Assembly (NCBI GenBank): GCA_016722445.1
Contig: JADKIZ010000017.1
Location: 21,853 to 85,852, forward strand
Direction of reading: 5' to 3'
Length of the DNA stretch: 64,000 nt
Source of the DNA: Flavobacteriales bacterium
GTDB lineage: Bacteria > Bacteroidota > Bacteroidia > Flavobacteriales_D > Sanyastnellaceae
Of this stretch, positions 21,466-30,657 are shown piece after piece (within the stretch, counting starts at the first letter, position 1; every line of letters starts with the position of its first letter). The position numbers and the translations under genes were made by a program. Under the pieces are notes generated by a model. It was not told where the DNA came from, did not search any database, and saw only the letters and a list, made by a program, of their open reading frames with translations.

Positions 21466-21507
21466 CATCTTCATTGAGTTATTCTATCTTGTCGCAATTG
21501 TTGGAAC
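21466..21507. repeat. copy 1 of a ~40-bp imperfect direct repeat (tattctatc...tcgcaatt.ttggaa..tgggtttaa)
   Basis: About 85% identical to the 21902-21943 copy. The two flank a ~390-bp segment with no convincing ORF. Confidence 0.6.
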
Positions 21508-21901
21508 TTGGGTTTAAAGTTGATTGTTGTCGAATGTGATTTTGAGGCTCCAATATTTTTCTCCGTACTTTTTTTCTTGATAAAAAAAGAAGCAAAAAAA
21601 TCAAGGCTGTTGAGTAAATCCTTGAAATCCACAACATCTTCGGGCAGACCAATCGGAACTCCTCCTTCATTCAAAAATGAATCAACCCATTTCCTCTAGG
21701 CGGAAATAATGTAGACATTTTTGAATTCAGTCGTCAAACACCCGATTGCTCTATTGCCCTGCGATGTTGGGATTTCTAAGGATTTTCTCAAAGGCCGGTC
21801 CGCGAGCCAAAGGATAAATCGGGCGTTCTATTTGTTCTACTAACTTCTAGCTTACTTCTTATTCCTATTCAATTTCAATCAATCAGAAGCATGTTAACAT
21901 G

Positions 21902-21943
21902 GCTATTCTATCGCATCGCAATTCTTGGAATCTGGGTTTAACC
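21902..21943. repeat. copy 2 of the ~40-bp imperfect direct repeat
   Basis: see copy 1. Confidence 0.6.
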
Positions 21944-21957
21944 TAAAGCAATGACAC

Positions 21958-22644
21958 CTATTTGACGGCAACGCCAAAAAGAACATAATTCAGATCTGCA
22001 GGAAGAATGTGGTTGAAGAGAGCTTCGTCACCAAGAGCCAGTGTGTTTCGCTGAAATTCGCTTCTACCAAATGCCGAGAGAAAGCCGGTTGTGGTGAAGT
22101 CAAAAGAATGGAATCCCGAAGTAAAAGTTTTCAATTCATCAATTCGCACATAACGCCATGAATTACCCCATCTCACAAATTTCTTCCTCATGTAACGATG
22201 CATACCAGAAGCTTGTAGGTTTTCAGCGAATAGCAGGACGCCACCGGGTTTTAGCGCTTTTTTGATTTCATCAAAAGTTCTTTGTTGAGCTTCCGGATGA
22301 TTATCACGACCGATACCACCAAGAATGGATTTGAACACAATGACGTCGAAGTGATTCTCATAAGGAATATTCATCGCGTCGATGTCCTTGTACTGAACCC
22401 TGCTTTCTAACCCATGTTTTACGTGCAAAGGTTTGGCAGTGCCTTCGGTGTTTTCCAGATCAGAGCATATCACCTCATAACCTTTCGATGCAAGCCAGAG
22501 AGAAAGACCACCTTCCCTCCCACCGAGTTCCAGTGCTTTGCCACTTTTGATTACAGGCAAATGCCTTTCCCACCATGGAAGAGCTTTTGACCATGTCCGT
22601 ACGTCCCATTGGATGATGTCTTTAACCTGATCTGAATTCATCAT
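21958..22644 (-). CDS. class I SAM-dependent methyltransferase
   Basis: Glycine-rich SAM motif context 'ALELGGREGGLSLWLASKGYEVICSDL' and motif II-like 'FDVIVFKS', 'LKPGGVLLF'. Confidence 0.7.
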   Translation of the reverse strand: MMNSDQVKDIIQWDVRTWSKALPWWERHLPVIKSGKALELGGREGGLSLWLASKGYEVICSDLENTEGTAKPLHVKHGLESRVQYKDIDAMNIPYENHFDVIVFKSILGGIGRDNHPEAQQRTFDEIKKALKPGGVLLFAENLQASGMHRYMRKKFVRWGNSWRYVRIDELKTFTSGFHSFDFTTTGFLSAFGRSEFQRNTLALGDEALFNHILPADLNYVLFGVAVK

Positions 22645-22712
22645 TGGATAATCATTCCTGTTGCAAAGAACAATATTCTCATCACAGTTTGAACATCCTT
22701 GGTCATGATTAT

Positions 22713-25700
22713 TTACCTCAAAATTTCAACGCGATGAATGGAAGTGCCATTTTGCCCATGAATGGAAATGAGGTAAATTCCTGCGGGTAAATTCCTGATA
22801 TCAATACGCCTGTTAGGACCGCACCACAATTCCTGACCGAGTTGATCAAAGATTTTGATGGATTCAATGGATTCTTTGCCTTCAATGATTAGAAAATCCT
22901 GTGCAGGATTTGGGTAAATATGAAATGCACTGTCCTGGTATTCTTTCACCCCGGAACAATCATCTATCAGCACTTCCAATTCTGCAGGATCGGTACTTCC
23001 GCAAGAGTTTGACAATACAACACTTATCGTTGCATTGCCTGCGAAGCCATCTGTAAAATCCAGTGTCATCTGATTCAAATCTGAGTTGATGATAGTTCCA
23101 GCTTGTGGAGGATCAAGGTACCAATAGTATGAAGCTTCGGTGAGCACAGTTGAGAATACTTCCAGACCTTCATTATCACAAAACACCAACTCACCATTCA
23201 ATTCGCCGGATTGAATCAGAGTGTCTTCAAATATGACTTCAAAAAGAATGGGTTGAGTGTTGTAGCATTCATTACTGAACTGTCCTGAATAAAGCCCCGG
23301 CGCAGTTATGTTGTAGGTCGGTGTGTATTGTGCTTCGTTGGTTGAAATGTCGGTCCAAATGCAATCAATATATGCGTCATTCGATGCCCCCGGAAAAGGA
23401 TCCAATAACAATTCATCGCAGGTAAACATTTCTTCAGCAAGACCGGGGTTCAATTCATTGAGGTAAATGATGTGAATACTATCAGCAGAAGTACCACAAA
23501 TATTCGTTTGACTCGCAATGATATCAGTTTCACCATATCCGATATATGGTCCTGCTGTTGCTGAAAGATTATCAGATGCAATGTCAAGTCCATCCCCTTG
23601 CCAATTGATGTCGTATTGCGGATCTGCGATCGGCACAATAACAACGGACTCACTTCCGCAAAGCAACATGGTATCTGATACTTGCAACACTAGACTAGGT
23701 TCATTTTCAATTTGGATTTCATAACAATAACTGTTCTCGCATACGTCTGGAGTAAAACACAAGGTGTAATTGCCGTATGTGTTTGACTGAAATTGGGAAT
23801 TGTAGGTGGTTATGTCGGAGAGTATCCAACCATCTGGACCATCTACCGTCCATTGACCTGTCAGAGGTAATCCATCGCAAGTCGACATACCAGACCATAT
23901 GATTCCGCTTGTCAATGGAGCATTAAAAGTTGTTGGCACTGTTTCACCACAATTGATAAACCACAGTGAATTTCCGGCGAAATCATTGCCATTTGCAAAG
24001 TATTCTATGGATATGCTGTCTCCTGTGATAGTTTCCAAGTTGGTTAGTTGAGTCAACGTACTAAAAGTTGTAAAATAAACAGAGTCCACAGATCCATCTA
24101 GATGGAATACCTTAATTTGCAAATATGATCCTTGCCAACCGTTTTGATTTGTGCTTAAGCCATAGAAAATGAGGTTATCAGTCTCTTGAGAAAAGCCTCC
24201 CGTAACAATTAAAGGATCTTCAATTCCACAGGTTTCTTGCAATGTAGTTTCAGGAATAACAATATTCGGGGCAACTACCAATTTAATATTAAAACCTTCA
24301 CATCCATTTTCATCAGTAACTATAACACCGTAATTACCAGTTACTCCTTGAACAAAAGCACAAGGTCCATTCAGAGGTGTCCCTTCAACAAATTCGCCTG
24401 AATAACCAGGATAGACAAACCACTCATAACTCGTGTATTCACCAATAACACAAATTGAAGTATCTTGATGCGGACATATAGTTAAAACAATGTTTCCGCT
24501 ATCGACCTCCGGAATGAACAAAGGTGTAACATCCAGCCATTGGAATGTGCTAAGAATACAGTCGTTTTTGGTGGCGATGAGATGGTGTAATCCCATGTTA
24601 TGAATAACAATGCTTGAGGTAGTATCACCATTCTCCCAAAAGTAATGATCCATTCCAGGTGTAGCTGACCAAACCGCATCTACTCCAGCACAAATTTCTG
24701 TGTCTCCCGAAATTTGAAGATCATAACTCTCAGATGAAATGTTAAACTCAAATTGGTAAGTTGAAGATTCTGAAGGTGTGCCATTATCGGTAGCAACCAA
24801 TTCAATTTGATAATTACCTGGAGCAATGATATCAAAATCAATTATGAAATTAATGCCCAAAGCTGAAGTATAATCCACAGTCGAATAAGTCATCCCAAGC
24901 GGTAACCCACTAACACTGATACCGATGTTTTGTGAACTCTCAGATGAGATTATATGCATATCCATTGGAATATAGTCACCACATAATTTCAGGCTTGGGC
25001 AAAAGTTTGCTGCAATGGCAGGTGGCATATTGGAACTGGAAGTAGCTGTGTTGAATTCAATCTTACGCCCTTCTAACCATTTGACACCGTCTTGTTGGTT
25101 ATCGGCTATTCCGTAAGGGCCGTTGTATTGATCAGATGAAAAATTAAATCTTCCAAAAGCAAAATGCTCAGGACCACTTTCCTTATCCGCGCCGACAATG
25201 GCAAGATTAGCATCGGCTGCAAGTCCTCCAGATGCTCCACTTATCAAGCTATTTACCCAATTCATTTCTTTATAATAGAATTGGACGTTATTCCCATTAC
25301 CAATAATGTCATTCCCGTTGGCAGCAATAATCATTTGAAACGAATTCTTTTTCGAAGAATCCAATGACCATGTTCCAACATCGATGTAGTTCACATATAG
25401 CGCCTCGTTAGTTACCTTGTAATATAAATCGCCACCAAAATTAAAATCAAAATCCGACCAGAAACCACAAATATGATTATACTGTTGAGTGGTTTCACTT
25501 GAAAGTGGATTCGGGAAAGCAGATGGCAGGAAATCGATGTAACCAGTATTCCCCATGACAATTGTTCCCTCCGTGGTGAGGATGACCTGATTATAAGTTT
25601 GACCAAAAAAATAGAAATCAAAAGGTAAATCGATCGGTGCAGAATAATTATTAGCTGCGCTTCCAAAAGATCCAGGCCATTCTGCAACATCCGGATGTAT

Positions 25701-25799
25701 ATAAGAATCATCTGGCTCTATCCAGAAGCAATTGTCAAATTGAGCGTGTGAATAAGCAACGATTCCTAACAATATGGAAATAACGGTGAGTGTTCTCAT
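22713..25799 (-). CDS. large T9SS-secreted protein (type A CTD) of unknown function
   Basis: 1028-aa ORF with signal peptide MRTLTVISILLGIVAYSHAQ. The C-terminus 'FHIYPNPAQDFLIIEG...IKIFDQLGQELW...LPAGIYLISIHGQNGTSIHRVEI' matches a Por sorting domain. Confidence 0.8.
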   Translation of the reverse strand: MRTLTVISILLGIVAYSHAQFDNCFWIEPDDSYIHPDVAEWPGSFGSAANNYSAPIDLPFDFYFFGQTYNQVILTTEGTIVMGNTGYIDFLPSAFPNPLSSETTQQYNHICGFWSDFDFNFGGDLYYKVTNEALYVNYIDVGTWSLDSSKKNSFQMIIAANGNDIIGNGNNVQFYYKEMNWVNSLISGASGGLAADANLAIVGADKESGPEHFAFGRFNFSSDQYNGPYGIADNQQDGVKWLEGRKIEFNTATSSSNMPPAIAANFCPSLKLCGDYIPMDMHIISSESSQNIGISVSGLPLGMTYSTVDYTSALGINFIIDFDIIAPGNYQIELVATDNGTPSESSTYQFEFNISSESYDLQISGDTEICAGVDAVWSATPGMDHYFWENGDTTSSIVIHNMGLHHLIATKNDCILSTFQWLDVTPLFIPEVDSGNIVLTICPHQDTSICVIGEYTSYEWFVYPGYSGEFVEGTPLNGPCAFVQGVTGNYGVIVTDENGCEGFNIKLVVAPNIVIPETTLQETCGIEDPLIVTGGFSQETDNLIFYGLSTNQNGWQGSYLQIKVFHLDGSVDSVYFTTFSTLTQLTNLETITGDSISIEYFANGNDFAGNSLWFINCGETVPTTFNAPLTSGIIWSGMSTCDGLPLTGQWTVDGPDGWILSDITTYNSQFQSNTYGNYTLCFTPDVCENSYCYEIQIENEPSLVLQVSDTMLLCGSESVVIVPIADPQYDINWQGDGLDIASDNLSATAGPYIGYGETDIIASQTNICGTSADSIHIIYLNELNPGLAEEMFTCDELLLDPFPGASNDAYIDCIWTDISTNEAQYTPTYNITAPGLYSGQFSNECYNTQPILFEVIFEDTLIQSGELNGELVFCDNEGLEVFSTVLTEASYYWYLDPPQAGTIINSDLNQMTLDFTDGFAGNATISVVLSNSCGSTDPAELEVLIDDCSGVKEYQDSAFHIYPNPAQDFLIIEGKESIESIKIFDQLGQELWCGPNRRIDIRNLPAGIYLISIHGQNGTSIHRVEILR

Positions 25800-25902
25800 G
25801 AAGTTTTAGTTAACTGGTTACCAAAATTAGGCGGATTTCATGTCTTCTCTGCAATTGCGATTTCAAATTCAACTTATAGGATTCAATTTTCAGAAAACAA
25901 AA

Positions 25903-25926
25903 AAGCCATCCCTTTCGGAATGGCTT
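25903..25926 (-). terminator. rho-independent terminator downstream of rpsA
   Basis: gccatcc / ggaatggc stem, followed on the minus strand by a T-run. Confidence 0.5.
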
Positions 25927-25946
25927 TTTATTATATTCAAAGATGA

Positions 25947-27947
25947 TTATTGGTTTTCACCTTCTTTGTTGTCACCTTCCATTTTCTCTTTCAGGTTAGC
26001 AAGAACATCGAGGTCACCGAGGGTTGATTTTTCAACCTGAGCATTCACAGCTTTAACAGCTTGAGAATCCTGCTCGCCACCACCTTGTTTCTTACCACCT
26101 CCACCGCTGCGAGGCGCTTTTTTCGGAGCTTCTGCACTACCTGGCTCTTCTTCTTTCCAAGTGCCTGTGTGGCTCACGCTGATTTTGCGTTGGTTTTTAT
26201 TGAATTCCTGAATGATGAATTCGAGTGCTTCTTCCACTTTCGCGGTAGAGCCATCAGCTTTCTTCAGGTTTTTATTCATACAGAAACCTTCGAGACCGTA
26301 TGGAAGAGCAACGATAGCGTGGCTTCCTTCTTTACGAACGATGGTACCTTGATGTTTAGAACCTTCAACGAATACTGTTTCGAATACATCCCATGGATTT
26401 TCTTCCACTTGTTTATGGCCGAGGCTGATGCGGCGGTTATCCTTATCGAGTTCGAGAACAACCACTTCGAGTTCATCGCCGATGTGGCAGAATTCGCTCG
26501 GGTGCTTGATTTTCTTGCTCCAAGAAAGATCGCTGATGTGAATCAGACCATCGATACCTTCAGACAATTCGCAGAACACACCGAAGTTGGTGAATGCACG
26601 AACTTTTGCTTTGTGTTTGCTTCCAACAGGGAAACGTGTTTCGATATTTTCCCATGGATCTTGGGTAAGTTGTTTCATACCCAAAGAGAGTTTGCGCTCG
26701 TCTTTATCCACGCTGAGGATCACACACTCTACTTCTTCGCCCACTTTCAGGAAGTCCTGAGCAGAGCGAAGGTGAGTACTCCATGACATTTCAGAAACGT
26801 GGATGAGACCTTCAACACCAGGAGCAATTTCAACGAATGCACCATAGTCTGCAAGAACAACCACTTTACCTTTCACTTTCTGACCCACTTCAAGCTGTCC
26901 TTCGATAGCATCCCATGGGTGAGCAGTGAGTTGTTTCATACCGAGAGCGATACGCTTCTTATCATCATCGAAGTCAAGGATAACAACGTTGATTTTAGAA
27001 TCAAGCTGCACGAGCTCTTCCGGATGAGTAACACGTCCCCATGAAAGGTCTGTGATGTGGATGAGACCATCAACACCACCGAGGTCTACGAATACACCAT
27101 AAGTAGTGATGTTTTTCACGATACCTTCGAGAACCTGACCTTTTTCGAGGCCGCTCATGATGAGTTTTTTCTGTTCTTCGAGTTCTGCTTCGATCAGGGC
27201 TTTGTGAGAAACTACAACGTTTTTGAATTCGTTGTTGATTTTCACCACTTTCAATTCCATGATCTTACCAACGTACTGATCGTAGTCGCGGATAGGCTTC
27301 ACATCGATTTGTGAGCCTGGAAGGAATGCTTCGATACCGAATACATCCACAATAAGACCACCTTTGGTGCGGCTTTTCACTTCACCTTTGATGATTTCGC
27401 CACTTTCCAGTGCGCGGTTCACATTACCCCAAGCGCTAAATACGCGTGCTGTTTTGTGAGAAACATTGAGCTGACCGTTTTTGTCTTCTGTCTGCTCAAT
27501 GAAAACCGGAACTTTATCACCGATTTTGAGGTCGGGATTGTAACGGAATTCGCCCGCAGGAATAACACCTTCAGACTTATAGCCGATATTGACAACTACT
27601 TCTTTTTTGTTTGTAGTAACTACGGTACCTTCAACGACTTCGTGTTCACGAATCACTGAAAGCGTACTTTCATACAATTTGTCGAGTTTTTTACGCTCGT
27701 CACTGTTGTATCCACCAGCCGCTTCGTAAGCATCCCAGTTGAATTCACCCGTTTCAGTCAGAAACATTTTGTCATCTGCAGTACTGAAAATTTCGAGGGG
27801 TTCTTCAGCGACAACTTCATCTTCAACCTCTGCTGGATTTTCGGTTGCAACTTCTTCAGCGGCAACTTTTTCAGTTTCACCAGCGAGATTAGCGGTGATG
27901 TCTTTTTCTTCGGCTTCTTCAGCCTTAACACGTTTTGATTCTGCCAT
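25947..27947 (-). CDS. rpsA: 30S ribosomal protein S1
   Basis: Six consecutive S1 domains (for example 'GEVKSRTKGGLIVDVFGIEAFLPGSQID', 'GKVVVLADYGAFVEIAPGVEGLIHVSEMSW') and a Gly/Lys-rich C-terminal tail. The N-terminus has an acidic ~60-aa extension, and the true start may be the internal Met (MFLTETGE). Confidence 0.9.
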   Translation of the reverse strand: MAESKRVKAEEAEEKDITANLAGETEKVAAEEVATENPAEVEDEVVAEEPLEIFSTADDKMFLTETGEFNWDAYEAAGGYNSDERKKLDKLYESTLSVIREHEVVEGTVVTTNKKEVVVNIGYKSEGVIPAGEFRYNPDLKIGDKVPVFIEQTEDKNGQLNVSHKTARVFSAWGNVNRALESGEIIKGEVKSRTKGGLIVDVFGIEAFLPGSQIDVKPIRDYDQYVGKIMELKVVKINNEFKNVVVSHKALIEAELEEQKKLIMSGLEKGQVLEGIVKNITTYGVFVDLGGVDGLIHITDLSWGRVTHPEELVQLDSKINVVILDFDDDKKRIALGMKQLTAHPWDAIEGQLEVGQKVKGKVVVLADYGAFVEIAPGVEGLIHVSEMSWSTHLRSAQDFLKVGEEVECVILSVDKDERKLSLGMKQLTQDPWENIETRFPVGSKHKAKVRAFTNFGVFCELSEGIDGLIHISDLSWSKKIKHPSEFCHIGDELEVVVLELDKDNRRISLGHKQVEENPWDVFETVFVEGSKHQGTIVRKEGSHAIVALPYGLEGFCMNKNLKKADGSTAKVEEALEFIIQEFNKNQRKISVSHTGTWKEEEPGSAEAPKKAPRSGGGGKKQGGGEQDSQAVKAVNAQVEKSTLGDLDVLANLKEKMEGDNKEGENQ

Positions 27948-28165
27948 GATGGCTTTTACACTTGTATTCTGCTTCTTGTAACAAGACCCCGTAAGCAGAA
28001 GAGGTTTTACTTTTTATGGTTCAATTCCCGGAGGTTTCGGAATTGTTTCCCCTTGATTTTCATGCCCTAAAAGGAATGGAAATCGGGGGCGCGAATATAG
28101 GTTAGGATGAGCCAATACCAATCAGTCTGCAACAAAAATTCCGTCATAAACGAACCTTCAATAAA

Positions 28166-28190
28166 AAAGCCGGGAATTGACCCGGCTTTT
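28166..28190 (-). terminator. hairpin terminator downstream of the small membrane protein gene
   Basis: agccggg-aattga-cccggct, with a T-run on the minus strand. Confidence 0.5.
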
Positions 28191-28212
28191 CAAATTCAAA
28201 AGGAAGATGGAT

Positions 28213-28584
28213 TTACATTTTCGCGTTAGGATCGTCTAGTGTTCCAATACTTTGGGAACCGTCATATTGTGCATCCCCAAACCCTAAAATAGGCCAGAAA
28301 ACAAATGGCAAAAATATGAGTCCGATGGTGAACCCTTCAGTCTTTCCAAAGTTTTTCGCGATCAGATTGGTAACCCATATTTGCCATATCAGGCCGATAT
28401 AAGGAATGAGCATTAAAACTGTCCACCAACCAGGTTTCTTGGCGATTACCGTCATGATATACACATTATAAATCGGGATAAGCGCCGCCCAACCAGGCTG
28501 GCCGGCCTTTTCAAATGTTTTCCAAATGGCAGCGATCATGAAGATCAAAAAAGCCAGCAAAAGAATAATACCAATAAAATTCAT
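28213..28584 (-). CDS. small multi-pass membrane protein (DUF5684-like)
   Basis: 123-aa hydrophobic ORF. 'WAALIPIYNVYIMTVIAKKPGWW' resembles a widespread small membrane protein family. Confidence 0.5.
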   Translation of the reverse strand: MNFIGIILLLAFLIFMIAAIWKTFEKAGQPGWAALIPIYNVYIMTVIAKKPGWWTVLMLIPYIGLIWQIWVTNLIAKNFGKTEGFTIGLIFLPFVFWPILGFGDAQYDGSQSIGTLDDPNAKM

Positions 28585-28697
28585 TGCATAAATTTTAATA
28601 TTTCCTACTCTGTTCTAGGCCTTTCGGAATTCGCCTCATTGCAATTTAACCTTGGACAAATTGAGTATTGGTTTGTTTCAACATGTCCATCCTGCTA

Positions 28698-29405
28698 TTA
28701 AATGTTTTGATCGAGGGATGTTTGACTCTCAGTTTCATTCAATGAGAATGGAGGATATTGGTCGGTGAGGTTGTACCAATAAAGATTTACGCGCAACTGC
28801 CAGCGATTTACGCCAACAACGAAATCGTGCATCCCTTTAGGGTATTTGCCGGTGATCAATACAGCCCACCATGCGATAATTCTTACGAATACAGCTGCGA
28901 TCATCAGGAAAATCAAGCAGAAAGCGTGAGGGATCAGGACATAAATGAACCCGAAAAACATTCTGGCCAACAAAAGACCACGGCTCACGGTTGCAGGATA
29001 CTCCAATATGATATCGGTGTTTTCATCTTTTGCAGTCAATCCGAAAGCCGGATAACCATCGCTGAGGTTTTGCATACGTGCATTTACGCGGAGGTTCCAA
29101 CGGAAATAATTCAGCACAAATTCCCACATACCTTTAGGGTATTTGCCTGTGAACAAAATTGCCCAGAAAGCAATGAAATTCACGAAAAGCACGCCAATAC
29201 CGATGAATAACAATACAAACATGTGAGGAATCATGATGTAAATGAATCCGAACAGAGTTCTTAGTACGAGTTCACCACGCGAATACGTGTCTTGGTGTTT
29301 GATAAAAATTTTCATAGTGATGATGATTTTGGTTTTTAGGAAAACATGGTTTTTAGAACCAATCGTGGCAAATATATCAGAACCTTCCAAAGTGTTGTCA
29401 TCCAA
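28698..29405 (-). CDS. DUF4389-like membrane protein with an internal tandem duplication
   Basis: Two copies of '...LFTGKYPKGMWEFVLNYFRWNLRVNARMQNLSDGYPAFGL' / '...LITGKYPKGMHDFVVGVNRWQLRVNLYWYNLTDQYPPFSL'. The probable start is the internal MKIFIKHQD (about 29315). Confidence 0.55.
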   Translation of the reverse strand: MDDNTLEGSDIFATIGSKNHVFLKTKIIITMKIFIKHQDTYSRGELVLRTLFGFIYIMIPHMFVLLFIGIGVLFVNFIAFWAILFTGKYPKGMWEFVLNYFRWNLRVNARMQNLSDGYPAFGLTAKDENTDIILEYPATVSRGLLLARMFFGFIYVLIPHAFCLIFLMIAAVFVRIIAWWAVLITGKYPKGMHDFVVGVNRWQLRVNLYWYNLTDQYPPFSLNETESQTSLDQNI

Positions 29406-29570
29406 TGACTAAGAGTTTGACCAACAAAAAGCACCAAAACACATCTCGCTGATTATCAGTCAAGAGCGTTGAAATTTGTTCATAAATGAAGAGATTGGAC
29501 AAGCATTTAAGACATGAATGACCAAATCGGCTTTTCCAAATATGACCAAAAACATAAAAATTAGTCATAA

Positions 29571-29600
29571 AAAAACCTCCCTTGTGAGGAGGTTTTCATG
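29571..29600 (-). terminator. rho-independent terminator downstream of rpoD
   Basis: cctcc-cttgtga-ggagg stem-loop with flanking A/T runs. Confidence 0.5.
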
Positions 29601-29648
29601 TTTAATCCATAACGCAATGAACGGATGCGTTGTGGTTCTTCAGTATGA

Positions 29649-30517
29649 TTAACCGAGGTAAGATTTCAAAATCTTACTTCTGCTGGTATGTTTCAATCGA
29701 CGGATAGCTTTTTCTTTGATCTGACGAACGCGTTCGCGAGTCAGGTCGAAACTCTCCCGATTTCTTCGAGGGTGAGTGGATGTTCGCCATTCAAACCAAA
29801 ATAAAGTCTCACAACATCAGCTTCGCGGCTGGTGAGTGTGCGCAACGAACGTTCGATTTCTTTGCGCAAAGACTCATGCAAAAGATCGGTATCCGGTGAA
29901 GGAGTATCGTTGGTTTGCAATACATCATACATGGTAGAACTGCTGTCGTCACCATCTTTCAATGGAGCATCCATGGATACGTGGCGACCGCTGTTTCTCA
30001 TAGACTGCTTCACTTCATCGAGAGTCATCTCGAGAACTTCAGCGAGTTCTGCAGGCGTTGGCGGACGTTCGAATTCTTGTTCAAGTTTAGCGAATGCCTT
30101 ATTGATTTTGTTGATCGAACCAATTTTATTCAACGGAAGTCGAACAATACGAGATTGCTCAGCAAGAGCCTGAAGGATCGACTGACGAATCCACCAAACA
30201 GCGTAGGAGATGAATTTGAAACCACGCGTTTCATCGAAACGCTGAGCTGCTTTGATCAAACCGAGGTTACCCTCATTGATCAAGTCAGGAAGGCTCAAAC
30301 CTTGATTCTGATACTGTTTGGAAACAGACACCACGAAACGGAGGTTGGCTTTGGTGAGCTTTTCCAAAGCGGCTTGATCGCCGGCTTTGATACGCTTCGC
30401 CAGTTCAACTTCCTCCTCAGCGGTGATCAGATCCACACGGCCGATTTCCTGCAGGTACTTATCCAGCGATGCCGTTTCGCGGTTGGTAACCTGTTTGGTG
30501 ATTTTTAACTGCCTCAT
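29649..30517 (-). CDS. rpoD: primary RNA polymerase sigma-70 factor (sigma A, ~288 aa), with region 4.2 in a different frame (apparent 1-nt deletion in a ggg run near 29745)
   Basis: Regions 2-4 are recognisable ('[24 protein letters not shown]', '[12 protein letters not shown]'). The ORF stops at '...EEIGRVST*', but the adjacent frame continues '[33 protein letters not shown]'. One extra g in the ggg run would restore 'EEIGE(S)[19 protein letters not shown]'. Confidence 0.85.
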
Positions 30518-30657
30518 TTATTTGAATCTTTTGATTTCCCCGGGATGGGATTTTACAACCCTGTCCCTGCTACTTTATTTTCTTCATCACATTCTTTAAG
30601 ACCCAAAAGCCTTGTGAATGTTACGGAATTGTCCGTTAAAAGTTCGAAACTATCGGT

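Noticed and set aside
26061-27981. Plus-strand ORFs of 67-241 aa opposite rpsA
   Set aside because: They are antisense to a highly conserved ribosomal protein gene and consist of Phe/Glu-rich translations of its mirror sequence.
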